NCBI GenBank assembly: GCA_039934735.1
Contig: JBDTLP010000009.1
Coordinates: forward strand, 3,522-67,521
Reading direction: 5' to 3'
Length of the DNA: 64,000 bases
DNA from: Ferruginibacter sp.
Lineage (GTDB): Bacteria; Bacteroidota; Bacteroidia; Chitinophagales; Chitinophagaceae
The notes under the pieces were generated by a model. It was not told the DNA's origin, ran no database searches, and was given only the letters and a program-made list of their open reading frames with translations. Made by a program: the position numbers and the translations under genes. Below, piece by piece: positions 9,901 through 18,013 of this stretch (within the stretch, counting starts at the first letter, position 1; every line of letters starts with the position of its first letter).

Positions 9901-12214
9901 TCCAACTCCGGTACCTGTTATTTCAGGTAACGCAGCTATTTGTATAGGCAATCCCATTACTTTGGATGCAGGTGCTGGATATACGGCATATAGCTGGTCA
10001 AATGGCGCTATCAGCCAGGCAGTGAATATTTCTACTGCAGGTTTGATAAGTGTTACAGTAACTGATGGAAATGGTTGCATTGGTTCAGATGCCGTAACTA
10101 CAAGTATTGCTTCATACACCATAACTGGTACTGCCGGATTAAATGGAAGTATTTCAGAAAATGGATCTACGGAAGTAATATGCGGAACAAACCAGGTTTA
10201 TACGATCAATGCAAGCCCATGTTATCAAATTGCAGATGTATTGGTAGATGGCGTTTCACAAGGTGCTGTTTCAACATATACATTTACTAACGTACATGTT
10301 GCTCACACAATCAGTGCAAGCTTCTCACAAATTACTTATAACATAACATCGGGAGCAGGAGCAAATGGAATTATTTCTCCCAATGGGATTACAAATGTCA
10401 ATTGCAATGGAAGTCAAACCTATATTATTACTCCTGACGGTGGTTCTGTTATACAGGATGTAATAGTAGACAATGTTTCACAAGGTGCAATTTTCCAATA
10501 TACATTTTCTAATGTATCGGCTAGCCATACGATCAATGTGACATTCTCGCAATCTACTTATTCAATTACTTCAAGTTCAGGTTCTAACGGAAGTATTTCG
10601 CCATCGGGTACAATACTTGTTAATTCCGGCAGCAACGAGATTTATAATATATCCGCAAATTCATGTTATCATATTGCAGATGTTATTGTAGATGGCATTT
10701 CCCAGGGAGCAATTTCAACATATACATTTGCTAATGTAACTTCTGTACATTCCATCAGTGCAACGTTTGCTTTGAATGCTGCATTTCCGGTTCCCGGACC
10801 ATTTGCTGGTCCGTCAAATGTTTGTCCTTATGTGGGAAACAGCACACCCGTTACATATTCTATCCCTGTAATTCCTGGCGCAACTTCCTACAATTGGGTA
10901 TTGCCTGCTAATACCAATTTAATTTCCGGGGCTGGCACAAATACGATTACCGTAACTTTTGCGGTTGGATTTACTCAGCAAGCAAACAAGCAGATACGGG
11001 TAACCGCATTGTCGTCATGTGGCAATAGTCCCCTGGCTATATTATACCTGAATTCGCAATTGCCGGGAACGCCTTCTCCATTTTCAGGAAATACGAGTGT
11101 TTGTGGATTTCTGGGTTCCGGATCAATTACATATTCCATTCCGCCTGTTTTGGGAGCAACATCTTATGTATGGACTACCCAATCGGGAACGACCAATATT
11201 ACTTTCCCCAATGGAACGGGAGAAAATGGTTATACTGTAAATGTGGCATTCACAAATGCATATACTACAAATGCAATTACCGTTCAGGCAGTAAATGCAT
11301 GTGGAATAAGTGGTGCAAGAAGCATAACGGTAACCCGTACAAGCCCTTTCACTCCGGGACCAATAGCAGGGCCAACAAATATTTGTGCTAATATAGCACC
11401 CAATGGTAATATCGCCAGTTATTCAGTTTCGCCAAAGGATGGAGTTACTTATGAATGGACTGTTCCAGCAGGTTCTATTGGACTAACCGGGCAGGGTTCG
11501 AACACGATATCTTTTATGTATCCAATAGGTTATTCCAGCGGGATATTTTCTGTTGTAGCTTCAAATGATTGTGGTTCAAGTGCAACCCGAAACCTTGCTG
11601 TATCTAAATTAAATGCTGCAACTCCAGGTGTAATTGATGTTATTGAAACTGCATTTTGCCCGGACAGAGTTTATACTTACACGTTGTCAACCTTACCTGC
11701 TAATGCAACCTCTGTACAATGGACAATTCCAGCAATACCGGGCGTTTTATTAGTAAGTGGTCAAGGCTCTACAAGCATTACTGTCTCATATCCTCCAACT
11801 GCAGTACAGGGAAATGTTACGGCACAGTCAATCAATAATTGCTCTGCAAGTACAATTCGTTCAACAGCAGTTAGATTGCCTGCATGTGCTCCCACTTTAA
11901 TTGTAAAAAGCGATAACTATAACTTTAACCAATTTAGCAAAACTTATGAAGAAAAGGAAATTTCTGAAATGCTGGATGTAAAAATTTATCCTAATCCATC
12001 TGTGAGTAGCTTTAATATAAAAGTAATGACTCCTGCTAAAGAAGTGATAAATGTTCGGGTCTTTGATGAACAGGGACGTTTTATCAAGGCTTTCGCAGCC
12101 TTACCTTTTCAAATATATAGTTTTGGAGAAACTTTTAAAGCGGGAGTTTATCTAATAGAATTTAAACAGGGTGAAAGGATTGAAAGAAAAAAGTTGATAA
12201 AATTAACTGAATAA
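6980..12214 (+). CDS. Giant T9SS-secreted multidomain protein (Kelch/galactose-oxidase-like propeller, Ig-like repeats, PKD-like modules, T9SS C-terminal sorting domain)
   Basis: 1744 aa with a signal-like N-terminus. Propeller-type repeats: DGRVYVGGGEYG, DGRILQ, DGRAFFIG. Three ~75-aa Ig-like repeats lie at nt ~10118-10790 and four GPxNVCPY-type PKD-like modules at nt ~10790-11890. C-terminal sorting domain: VKIYPNPSVSSFNIKV...GVYLIEFKQGERIERKKLIKL. Confidence 0.85.
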   Translation: MKRTQCCNATAIFKFCSTRFLVLFLIFFIACNPAKALITNYTFESTSGSYVPLAGGTTYLTGSAWDDGVSSLIQMPFAFNYNNLSYTTLSINANGFITMGATSSSTTYCGLQQSTANSIAGYGADLRAASAGSSIQYGVMGVAPNRQFVIQWTDCRQFFSATTNHWSFQIILNETSNEVQVVMGTITSTTTLGANNCADVAGESGDVGLLGNSTQDFNLRSVTNGTDTWATSGTGIAINAVCNLSSTNFPASGLTYTWTPGPALPMVYVSSTTSFVNNTGRIPRNTSNNAVIKVQVVTTGSSSALNVTNLNLSTTGSTNPLADITNIKVFFTGASNTFSTASQFGTNITGANGSYSVSGSAILSEGINYFWVTYSISATATFGNILSGCCSQVTGSGSMGIQTPAVTCPAGSQTIIDEGVWTPVAATAPHDNHGVMLLLSDGSVICHSNAGGADGNGTLWDKLTPDIHGSYINGTWSTTAPMNDTRLFFSSQVLKDGRVYVGGGEYGTGGAKAEIYDPLTNVWTAAPAPGVTLSDANSEILEDGRILQAVVDGGVSPFLRTTKIYNPSNNTYVTGPTTNGIHNESVWVKLPDNSILFIDRLSTNSERYIPATNTWITDATVPINLYDPFGDETGAGILLPDGRAFFIGSQGTTAFYTPSGNAAPGSWSVGPVLPNSTGAPDAPMAMMANGKVLCAVSPGPTSTGTQFIPPTYFYEFDYLTNSFTLIHAPGEVASLNIACYQTTFLDLPDGSVLYAQNQSNSSSQYYIYTPTGSPIAAGKPTISSITQTSCTSFQIDGTQFNGISQGASYGDDWQMSTNYPVIRLTNGSNVYYCRTFNWNSTGVKRGNQPDNAQFTLPAGLPIATYQLVVTANGIASDPVSFTPTPYLTSTLTAPATCSNIAFSYVPVIAPAGSTYSWTRAAITGISNAAVVIPQTSNPNEVLINTTSSPVTVLYDFTITSNGCSNTQQVTVIVNPTPVPVISGNAAICIGNPITLDAGAGYTAYSWSNGAISQAVNISTAGLISVTVTDGNGCIGSDAVTTSIASYTITGTAGLNGSISENGSTEVICGTNQVYTINASPCYQIADVLVDGVSQGAVSTYTFTNVHVAHTISASFSQITYNITSGAGANGIISPNGITNVNCNGSQTYIITPDGGSVIQDVIVDNVSQGAIFQYTFSNVSASHTINVTFSQSTYSITSSSGSNGSISPSGTILVNSGSNEIYNISANSCYHIADVIVDGISQGAISTYTFANVTSVHSISATFALNAAFPVPGPFAGPSNVCPYVGNSTPVTYSIPVIPGATSYNWVLPANTNLISGAGTNTITVTFAVGFTQQANKQIRVTALSSCGNSPLAILYLNSQLPGTPSPFSGNTSVCGFLGSGSITYSIPPVLGATSYVWTTQSGTTNITFPNGTGENGYTVNVAFTNAYTTNAITVQAVNACGISGARSITVTRTSPFTPGPIAGPTNICANIAPNGNIASYSVSPKDGVTYEWTVPAGSIGLTGQGSNTISFMYPIGYSSGIFSVVASNDCGSSATRNLAVSKLNAATPGVIDVIETAFCPDRVYTYTLSTLPANATSVQWTIPAIPGVLLVSGQGSTSITVSYPPTAVQGNVTAQSINNCSASTIRSTAVRLPACAPTLIVKSDNYNFNQFSKTYEEKEISEMLDVKIYPNPSVSSFNIKVMTPAKEVINVRVFDEQGRFIKAFAALPFQIYSFGETFKAGVYLIEFKQGERIERKKLIKLTE

Positions 12215-12272
12215 AGTACCAGGTAAAATCTGATTGTATTGCTGGCAAGCAATTATATATCATCATTTAATT

Positions 12273-12307
12273 TAAGAGCGGCTGTAATTAGCCGCTCTTA
12301 TTTATAA
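12273..12307 (+). terminator. Intrinsic terminator after the 1744-aa gene
   Basis: taagagcggct / agccgctctta forms a perfect 11-bp stem with a 6-nt loop, followed by a T-rich tail. Confidence 0.6.
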
Positions 12308-12502
12308 GGTAAAAGGTAAAAAAAATTTCTATTTATCATCTTGCCTAAAATCGGGAGTTTATTTGGTTAAAAATTACTTGCTGCTTTGCCAGTCTTTGAC
12401 TGGTTTAGGACTTAATATTTTTCTTTCTGAACTAAATTTTCATTAGTGGTAAAATGGCCTCATGTATTTTCCAATAGATACCTTAGTGCCAAACGTAATA
12501 GT

Positions 12503-13111
12503 ATGTCAGTTAAATAAAAACAGAGATGATCAATTACCGCATTTTCTTACTTTTAGTGTTGTTGAATGCCTGCCCGACAAGTCATTCAGGCGGGGATAGA
12601 TGCATTAACGAGAAATGAGTATAAGATATCATTGTTGAAAGCTTAAAGCATTGCTTAGAAAATAAAGGACTGCTATTGAATGCATGGATAATAATGAGTA
12701 ATCATGTACATTTAATTGGGAGTACAAAAATTGGTTTTACAATAAGTGATATTTTGCATGATCTGAAAAAGTTTACCAGCAAGCAAATATTTAAGGCAAT
12801 CAAAGAAAATCCGAAAGAGAGCAGAAAGGAGTGCCTGTCCGGCTGACACCATTCAGACTGGGATGACCTATATGTTTGAAAGAGCGGCTAAGCGAAACAG
12901 TAATAACAAGGATTTTCAATTTTGGCAGCAAGACAATCATCCGGTTGAGTTATGCAATCCTGGAATGCTGAAACAAAAGTTAGATTATTTGCATGAGAAC
13001 CCTGTAAGAGGAGGTATTGTATTTGAACCGCAGCAGTTCGTTTACAGTAGCGCTGGGGATTACTACACAAATCAAAAAGGGCGTATATTGATTGAGCATT
13101 TGCAGTGCTAA
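12503..13111 (+). pseudogene. Decayed IS200/IS605-superfamily Y1 (RAYT-like) transposase
   Basis: Homology can be read across three frames. The pieces are MSVK-stop, then ..DDQLPHFLTFSVVEC.., then DIIVESLKHCLENKGLLLNAWIIMSNHVHLIGS (HUH motif H-V-H) ..KKFTSKQIFKAIKENPKESRKEC, then the track ORF 12863-13111 (FWQQDNHPVEL...NPVRGGIV..YSSAGDYY, carrying the catalytic Tyr region). At least two premature stops and two frameshifts are present. Confidence 0.7.
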
Positions 13112-13175
13112 GACTGGTCGAAGACATGCAATCTTAAATAGACACAAGTGATCCTGCGGAACACTTGCGCCAGAG

Positions 13176-13215
13176 GGTTGAAACTCTTACTTTATGGAGT
13201 TTCGACCATTTTTAT
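13176..13215 (+). terminator. Hairpin plus T-rich tail after the transposase pseudogene
   Basis: ggttgaaactc / gagtttcgacc forms an 11-bp stem (one G-U), followed by atttttattt. Confidence 0.5.
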
Positions 13216-13701
13216 TTATTTATACTTACAATTTTGCTGACAGTTTCTTTGTTAACGCTGAAATATCACTTGCAATAAATTACAACAACGGGAATAAACT
13301 TTAATGCTATGCATTTACAGGCACCTAATAATGGGTGAAGTAAACAATAGGGGCAATTACGAATTACCAGCTCTTGCAAAAATAAAGTAAATAACCTTTG
13401 CGAACAGTGTATAACGGTTATGCCTAATCCAAGTCAACATTATTTTTAATCAGGCATGGCACAAAGAAGAAGATCATACCGCTGCTGAAATCATAATGCA
13501 CCTGTTTTTAATAAGGAAAAGAGCTTTAACGGGCATGTTGAGGCTCTTTTCGGCGCTATGCATTTTTAAGCTATTGCAACTAGTCATTTTATTTAAGTAA
13601 ATCAGATTATTTTGTAATAATTGTTAAACAAAATGCTTATTTTCAATTTACGTCTGCTATTAACACCCTTCCTTATTTCTTCAAACATTCAACCAAGACT
13701 A

Positions 13702-16677
13702 ATGAAAAAGATTACGTTTATCATTACGCTTTTTTTAGCGTTTGTATTTACCAATTCAGCCTTATCACAAACGAGACGCTATGTAAGAGCGGCTTCTGTC
13801 GGAACAGGTGACGGATCTTCATGGGGCAATGCCAGTTCTAACCTGCAGGCAATGATCGATGCTTCTGCACCATATGATGAGGTATGGGTAGGTAAAGGCA
13901 CATATCATCCTACCGCACACGTTGGTTACAACGCTGCACATGTTGCTTATACAGATGACAGGCATAAAAGTTTTTATAACACGACAGGTGCTCTGTTATA
14001 TGGTGGTTTTAATGGCAATGAATCTTCATTGGGACTTAGGAATTTTGGCGCATATAAAACCATTCTTTCCGGTGACCTGCTGGGAAATGATGTTGGTTTT
14101 ACCAACAATGCGGAGAATGTTTATCATGTGGTAGTTTTTGCAACATCTGCGTTAACAACGTTAGACGGATTTGTAATAACAGGTGGTAATACAACTGGGA
14201 TGCCGCCGACTTACTTTAATGATGCTCCAACATACAGCCAAATACAAAGCGACGGAGCAGGCTATTTAGGATATCAAAATGCTAACCTTACCAGCGACGT
14301 TTTTACAAATAATTATTCCACTGGAAATGGTGGCGCTATTCACCTTTCTACCGGTGGTTTACATGTGGATATTGTTAATAGCCTTTTTGTAAATAATCGG
14401 GCAGCACAGGGATCTGCTATATATATTGATGGACAAGAACCTTTAAATGCCAGGGTAAGGGTTACTAATTGTACCATGGCTAATAATATTTCTACCGGCG
14501 CAACTATTTTTGATATTGGTACAGTCCTCTGCGAAATCTGGAATTCAATTGTGTGGAATAATACCGATGGTGCTCAAACAAATTTTGATGTTTACGAGAG
14601 TATTGTACAAAACATAATCACTACCGGTGGCGCACATGCGATGGGCGGGGCTTCACAAGCCGATCCATTATTTATCAATGCTGCTGACCCTGATGGCGCA
14701 GATAATATATTTGGAACATCAGATGATGGTTTTATTCCTCAATGCGGGCCTGCGATCAATACAGGTAATAATAATTTTTTACCATGGACTTTGCCTTCAA
14801 GAGATATCAAGGGAGGATCGCGTATTCAAAGTAGCAATCCAGATCTGGGGGCTTATGAAACACCGCTTTACGGGCCGGTTACCGGTATTTCAGTCTCTAT
14901 GGGTTTTGCTCATAATCCATTTTATTATATTGATGATGATAATCCTAACAACGATTTACCCAGTGATGGACTTTGCGAAGGAGGTATAGTGAATTTTTAT
15001 GCTTCAAACGGTAATAGCGGCGGTGTTTATCAATGGAAAAGAAATGGCATTAATGTAGGAACAAATAGTCCTTCATACAGGCCCTCAGATTGTCACCAGG
15101 GCGACCTGGTCTATTGTCTTTTTACAGCTCCGGCAAGTTGTGGAGGAGCATCAAATGTGCAAAGTAATACAGTAAGCGTGGATAGTGTATCCGTTGGATT
15201 GCCTGTTATTCCATCTGTAATTACCGGTCCAGTAAATGTATGCCCTTATATAAACGGGCCGGCAGTCACGTATAAGATAAATAAAGCGCCAGGTGCAAAA
15301 ATTTATGTCTGGCCACAAAATAGTACAGGAATGACCATCACGCATCCGAATGGGCTTGGTGTGAACGATACAATCATCTCGGTAATATTTACGACGGGTT
15401 TTGTACCTGGATCACTAACGGTTGGGGGTGGTAACTGGTGTGGGCTGGGCAGGATGAAAAATCTTACGCTCAATACAAATCTGGCTTCACAGGCAGGAAC
15501 CATTACCGGACCGGTTGATCTATGCCCGTTTATGCAGTCTGTAACAAATCCATCGGGAATACCTGCTACTTATACGATCAGGAAAGTTGTTGATGCTTCT
15601 TCATATGTATGGACGGTTCCGGCAGATGCAATCATAACTTCACATCCCGGCGGGGCCGGCTTTAATGATACAATAATAGCGGTAGTGTATAATAGCAATT
15701 TTGTTTCCGGATCAGTAACAGCTCAGGCTGTTAATGTATGTGGTGCAAAATCTGCACGTGCAGTGAGCGTTTCAAGAAAAGTATCGGGAACACCAGGGAG
15801 CATTGTTGGGCCAACTACTGTTTGTGATTACAAACAATCTTCATCTAACCCTACAGGTACCCCGGTTGATTATCACATAAAAAAAGTGACTTACGCTACT
15901 TCTTATACCTGGACAATTCCCGCAGGAGCAAGTGCTGTTCATCCCCAGCCTTCGGGGGTAAATGATACCATCATAACGGTCACCTATAGCAGCGGTTTTA
16001 CAGGGGGTGCCATCACTGTTAAGTCAAATACAAATTGTAATACCAGTGTGGTAAGGTCATTATCTATTTCATATTTATTGCCCTCAACACCTGGCACAAT
16101 AACAGCTACCATAGCAACTGCATGTCCGCAAAGGCAAATCACTTATTCGCTGGTGGCACTTCCTACCCGTGCAACGTCCGTATTATGGACAGCACCGGCA
16201 AGTGGAACGATCATTAGCGGGCAAGGAACACTCAGCCTGGTAGTTCAATATTCCGGACCAACATCAGTAACTGATACCATCAGGGTTGTGGGTGTGAATG
16301 GTTGTGGTACCAGCACTCAAAGAAAACTGAAAGTAGCAGCCCTAACAGGCGCCTGTCGTTTTACAGGCAAATACAATGAACAAAACGTTCCTGCCGCGGT
16401 AACAATTACAAAACCAGTTATAACAAACAATGCAACTGGGTTTGATGTAACAGTGATGCCTAACCCAAGCCAGCAGCATTTTACGTTACAGTTAGCAGGT
16501 GCCGATATTAATATTCCGGCAATGATACAGGTAACTGATGCAGCGGGCAGGACTATTGAAATAAAAAACCACATTCAGGGCACAATTATAATTGGTGAAA
16601 CATATAAGCGAGGTATCTACTTCGCAACAATTACACAGGGAGAAAAGAGGAAGGTTGTAAGGTTGGTAAAATTGTAA
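13702..16677 (+). CDS. T9SS-secreted protein with beta-helix (pectate-lyase-like) head, four PKD-like modules and T9SS C-terminal domain
   Basis: The track ORF 13621-16677 starts at a TTG. The signal peptide MKKITFIITLFLAFVFTNSALSQ begins at ATG 13702. Beta-helix-type repeats include GGAIHLSTGG and NNRAAQGSAIYIDG. The modules GPVNVCPY.., GPVDLCPF.., GPTTVCDY.. are paralogous to those of the previous gene. C-terminal domain: VTVMPNPSQQHFTLQL...GIYFATITQGEKRKVVRLVKL. Confidence 0.85.
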   Translation: MKKITFIITLFLAFVFTNSALSQTRRYVRAASVGTGDGSSWGNASSNLQAMIDASAPYDEVWVGKGTYHPTAHVGYNAAHVAYTDDRHKSFYNTTGALLYGGFNGNESSLGLRNFGAYKTILSGDLLGNDVGFTNNAENVYHVVVFATSALTTLDGFVITGGNTTGMPPTYFNDAPTYSQIQSDGAGYLGYQNANLTSDVFTNNYSTGNGGAIHLSTGGLHVDIVNSLFVNNRAAQGSAIYIDGQEPLNARVRVTNCTMANNISTGATIFDIGTVLCEIWNSIVWNNTDGAQTNFDVYESIVQNIITTGGAHAMGGASQADPLFINAADPDGADNIFGTSDDGFIPQCGPAINTGNNNFLPWTLPSRDIKGGSRIQSSNPDLGAYETPLYGPVTGISVSMGFAHNPFYYIDDDNPNNDLPSDGLCEGGIVNFYASNGNSGGVYQWKRNGINVGTNSPSYRPSDCHQGDLVYCLFTAPASCGGASNVQSNTVSVDSVSVGLPVIPSVITGPVNVCPYINGPAVTYKINKAPGAKIYVWPQNSTGMTITHPNGLGVNDTIISVIFTTGFVPGSLTVGGGNWCGLGRMKNLTLNTNLASQAGTITGPVDLCPFMQSVTNPSGIPATYTIRKVVDASSYVWTVPADAIITSHPGGAGFNDTIIAVVYNSNFVSGSVTAQAVNVCGAKSARAVSVSRKVSGTPGSIVGPTTVCDYKQSSSNPTGTPVDYHIKKVTYATSYTWTIPAGASAVHPQPSGVNDTIITVTYSSGFTGGAITVKSNTNCNTSVVRSLSISYLLPSTPGTITATIATACPQRQITYSLVALPTRATSVLWTAPASGTIISGQGTLSLVVQYSGPTSVTDTIRVVGVNGCGTSTQRKLKVAALTGACRFTGKYNEQNVPAAVTITKPVITNNATGFDVTVMPNPSQQHFTLQLAGADINIPAMIQVTDAAGRTIEIKNHIQGTIIIGETYKRGIYFATITQGEKRKVVRLVKL

Positions 16678-16696
16678 TATTATTAATTTCTATAAA

Positions 16697-16726
16697 AGCC
16701 TCAACGCAATTGTTGGGGCTTTTTTA
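16697..16726 (+). terminator. Intrinsic terminator after the 13702-16677 gene
   Basis: agcctcaac / gttggggct forms a 9-bp stem (one G-U) with loop gcaatt, followed by tttttt. Confidence 0.6.
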
Positions 16727-17260
16727 TTGTCCATTGAAGCCTCATCCAATATATAAATAGTCTTTGAATTAGTTGCCTGCTCTTTTTTTGATACCTACAA
16801 CAATTTCTTCCGCCGCCAGGTTGCCTGATTTTTTTTCGAGAAGAAAGAGCAACCATGTAGGTTGCCTTTTTTTTGATGCGATTTTTTATGCAACCTGTCA
16901 AAAGAATCCGGTTTCGTGCTGCCAGGCTGGTTATAGATCCGAACCGAATTGCTTTTACCAAGTAATTACTAATAACCGTTGCGTTTTCTATATAAATCTC
17001 GATCTTTTATAGAATCCTGGACCTGGTTACAGCGTAAGGCGGCAGTAACTTATTATCAGTTTTCTTAAAAAAAGTTACGGTTTATGCCATTTATCCTTCC
17101 ATAAATCCGCTCATCTAATTCCAATTTCTGTTACTAATAAAGGCCGATAGATCATTTAGTTATTGATTATCAAGTACTTAAGTAAATTATATAGTATTAA
17201 CTACTGCCAATTACCATAAATAAACAAGTACTTTGTTTAACATAGTACTAAAATTCACCT

Positions 17261-17268
17261 TATCTTTG
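17261..17268 (+). promoter_or_regulatory. Candidate Bacteroidetes -7 promoter box (TAnnTTTG) upstream of the micro-ORF cluster
   Basis: TATCTTTG lies 73 nt upstream of ATG 17341. A TTTG at 17232-17235 could be the -33 element, but the spacing is longer than consensus. Confidence 0.3.
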
Positions 17269-17340
17269 TTTTATCAAAGTAGGAAAGGGGTAAAAACTCC
17301 AAACATCAAAAAAAATAAAAAACTTATAAAAATAAAAATC

Positions 17341-17514
17341 ATGAAAAAGCAATCACAAACCTTATTTAATCAAATAAGTAAAACATCAACAGACAGCTTA
17401 AATGCAATGGGTGAAACAACAGTAAAAGGCCTGAACAATGGCCATGTTAAAATGTTCAGTTCTGCCGATCTATGGAACATCCAACGCCAAAGAAGATCCA
17501 TCGTGATCAGGTAA
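17341..17514 (+). CDS. Micro-protein, DLWNIQRxRR-tail family, copy 1a (57 aa)
   Basis: MKKQSQTLFNQISKTSTDSLNAMGETTVKGLNNGHVKMFSSADLWNIQRQRRSIVIR. It is the internal ATG of track ORF 17233-17514. The paralog follows 47 nt downstream, and the differences between copies in the motif are mostly synonymous. Confidence 0.7.
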   Translation: MKKQSQTLFNQISKTSTDSLNAMGETTVKGLNNGHVKMFSSADLWNIQRQRRSIVIR

Positions 17515-17561
17515 TTAATTAAAACAGCAATCATTTAAAACAACTTATAAATAGTTCGATC

Positions 17562-17738
17562 ATGAAAATGCAATCACAAAACTTATTTACTCAAATAAGT
17601 AAAACAACATCAGGAAACGTAACAACACAAGTAGCAGAAACATTTGCAAAAGGATTCAACAACAACCAGGCAAAAACATTCCGCACCGTTGATTTGTGGA
17701 ATATTCATCGCCAGAGAAGAACAACAGTAATAAGATAA
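17562..17738 (+). CDS. Micro-protein, DLWNIQRxRR-tail family, copy 1b (58 aa)
   Basis: MKMQSQNLFTQISKTTSGNVTTQVAETFAKGFNNNQAKTFRTVDLWNIHRQRRTTVIR. Below the track length cut-off; found by manual translation. Confidence 0.7.
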   Translation: MKMQSQNLFTQISKTTSGNVTTQVAETFAKGFNNNQAKTFRTVDLWNIHRQRRTTVIR

Positions 17739-17751
17739 GTAATCAGCAACA

Positions 17752-17826
17752 AACCGCCGACAGGGCCGATAGCCGCTGTCGGGGTTATCGAAACCCTGTC
17801 GGCGGTTGCAAACCCCGACAGCGGTT
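17752..17826. repeat. REP-like palindromic element with four interleaved CCGACAG/CTGTCGG segments
   Basis: aaccgccgacaggg (17752-17765) is the exact reverse complement of ccctgtcggcggtt (17794-17807). ccgctgtcggggtt (17773-17786) is the exact reverse complement of aaccccgacagcgg (17811-17824). A 36-nt block (17791-17826) recurs inverted at 57664-57699 with 2 mismatches. Confidence 0.8.
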
Positions 17827-17887
17827 AAGAAAGAAATCGCCTACAGCATTTAAGAAATAATGTTACTAAACCACTAAAAAATGAACC

Positions 17888-18013
17888 ATGAAAATCCAAA
17901 ACAAAATGTTTTTCAAAAGAATAATCAAACCCGTAGTTGTGAATTTTTCAAATATCATTACAAGTTCGCTTGGAAAGTTTCTTGACAAAGTAGGAGGGTT
18001 TCTTAACTATTGA
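17888..18013 (+). CDS. Possible third, divergent member of the micro-ORF cluster (41 aa)
   Basis: MKIQNKMFFKRIIKPVVVNFSNIITSSLGKFLDKVGGFLNY. The N-terminus and start context (catgaaaat) resemble copies 1b, 2a and 2b, but the basic tail motif is absent. Confidence 0.3.
   Translation: MKIQNKMFFKRIIKPVVVNFSNIITSSLGKFLDKVGGFLNY

Noticed and set aside
7780-11391. Several 70-130-aa track ORFs (7780-8022, 8671-8919, 9213-9443, 9721-10122, 10075-10290, 11101-11391)
   Set aside because: All are alternate-frame or antisense ORFs nested in the 1744-aa T9SS gene. Their composition mirrors the host gene's codons.
12215-13215. Link between the RAYT-like pseudogene and the CCGACAG REP-like elements
   Set aside because: Neither flank of the pseudogene contains the CCGACAG/CTGTCGG core. 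The association cannot be supported within this window.
13922-16574. Nested ORFs within the 13702-16677 gene
   Set aside because: Same reasoning: shadow ORFs of a long real gene.
16701-17012. Overlapping 86-aa (-) and 79-aa (+) ORFs, and three GGTTGCC-plus-T-run motifs (16771-16789, 16818-16836, 16859-16875)
   Set aside because: The ORFs are Arg/Lys- or Cys-rich nonsense. The gcaacc/ggttgc hairpin plus T8 at ~16848-16875 could be a weak terminator or the end of an sRNA, but I cannot support a gene call from sequence alone.
17543-17555. 13-mer cttataaatagtt shared with 56473-56485 (start of the helicase-flanking repeat)
   Set aside because: Exact 13-mers are expected by chance many times in 64 kb of AT-rich DNA, and there is no extended similarity around them.
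17752-17826. Idea that the alternating CCGACAG/CTGTCGG segments form a leader-peptide attenuator controlled by the Arg-rich micro-ORF
   Set aside because: The same 36-nt block recurs at 57664-57699 in an unrelated context with no micro-ORF, so it behaves as a dispersed repeat rather than a dedicated attenuator.
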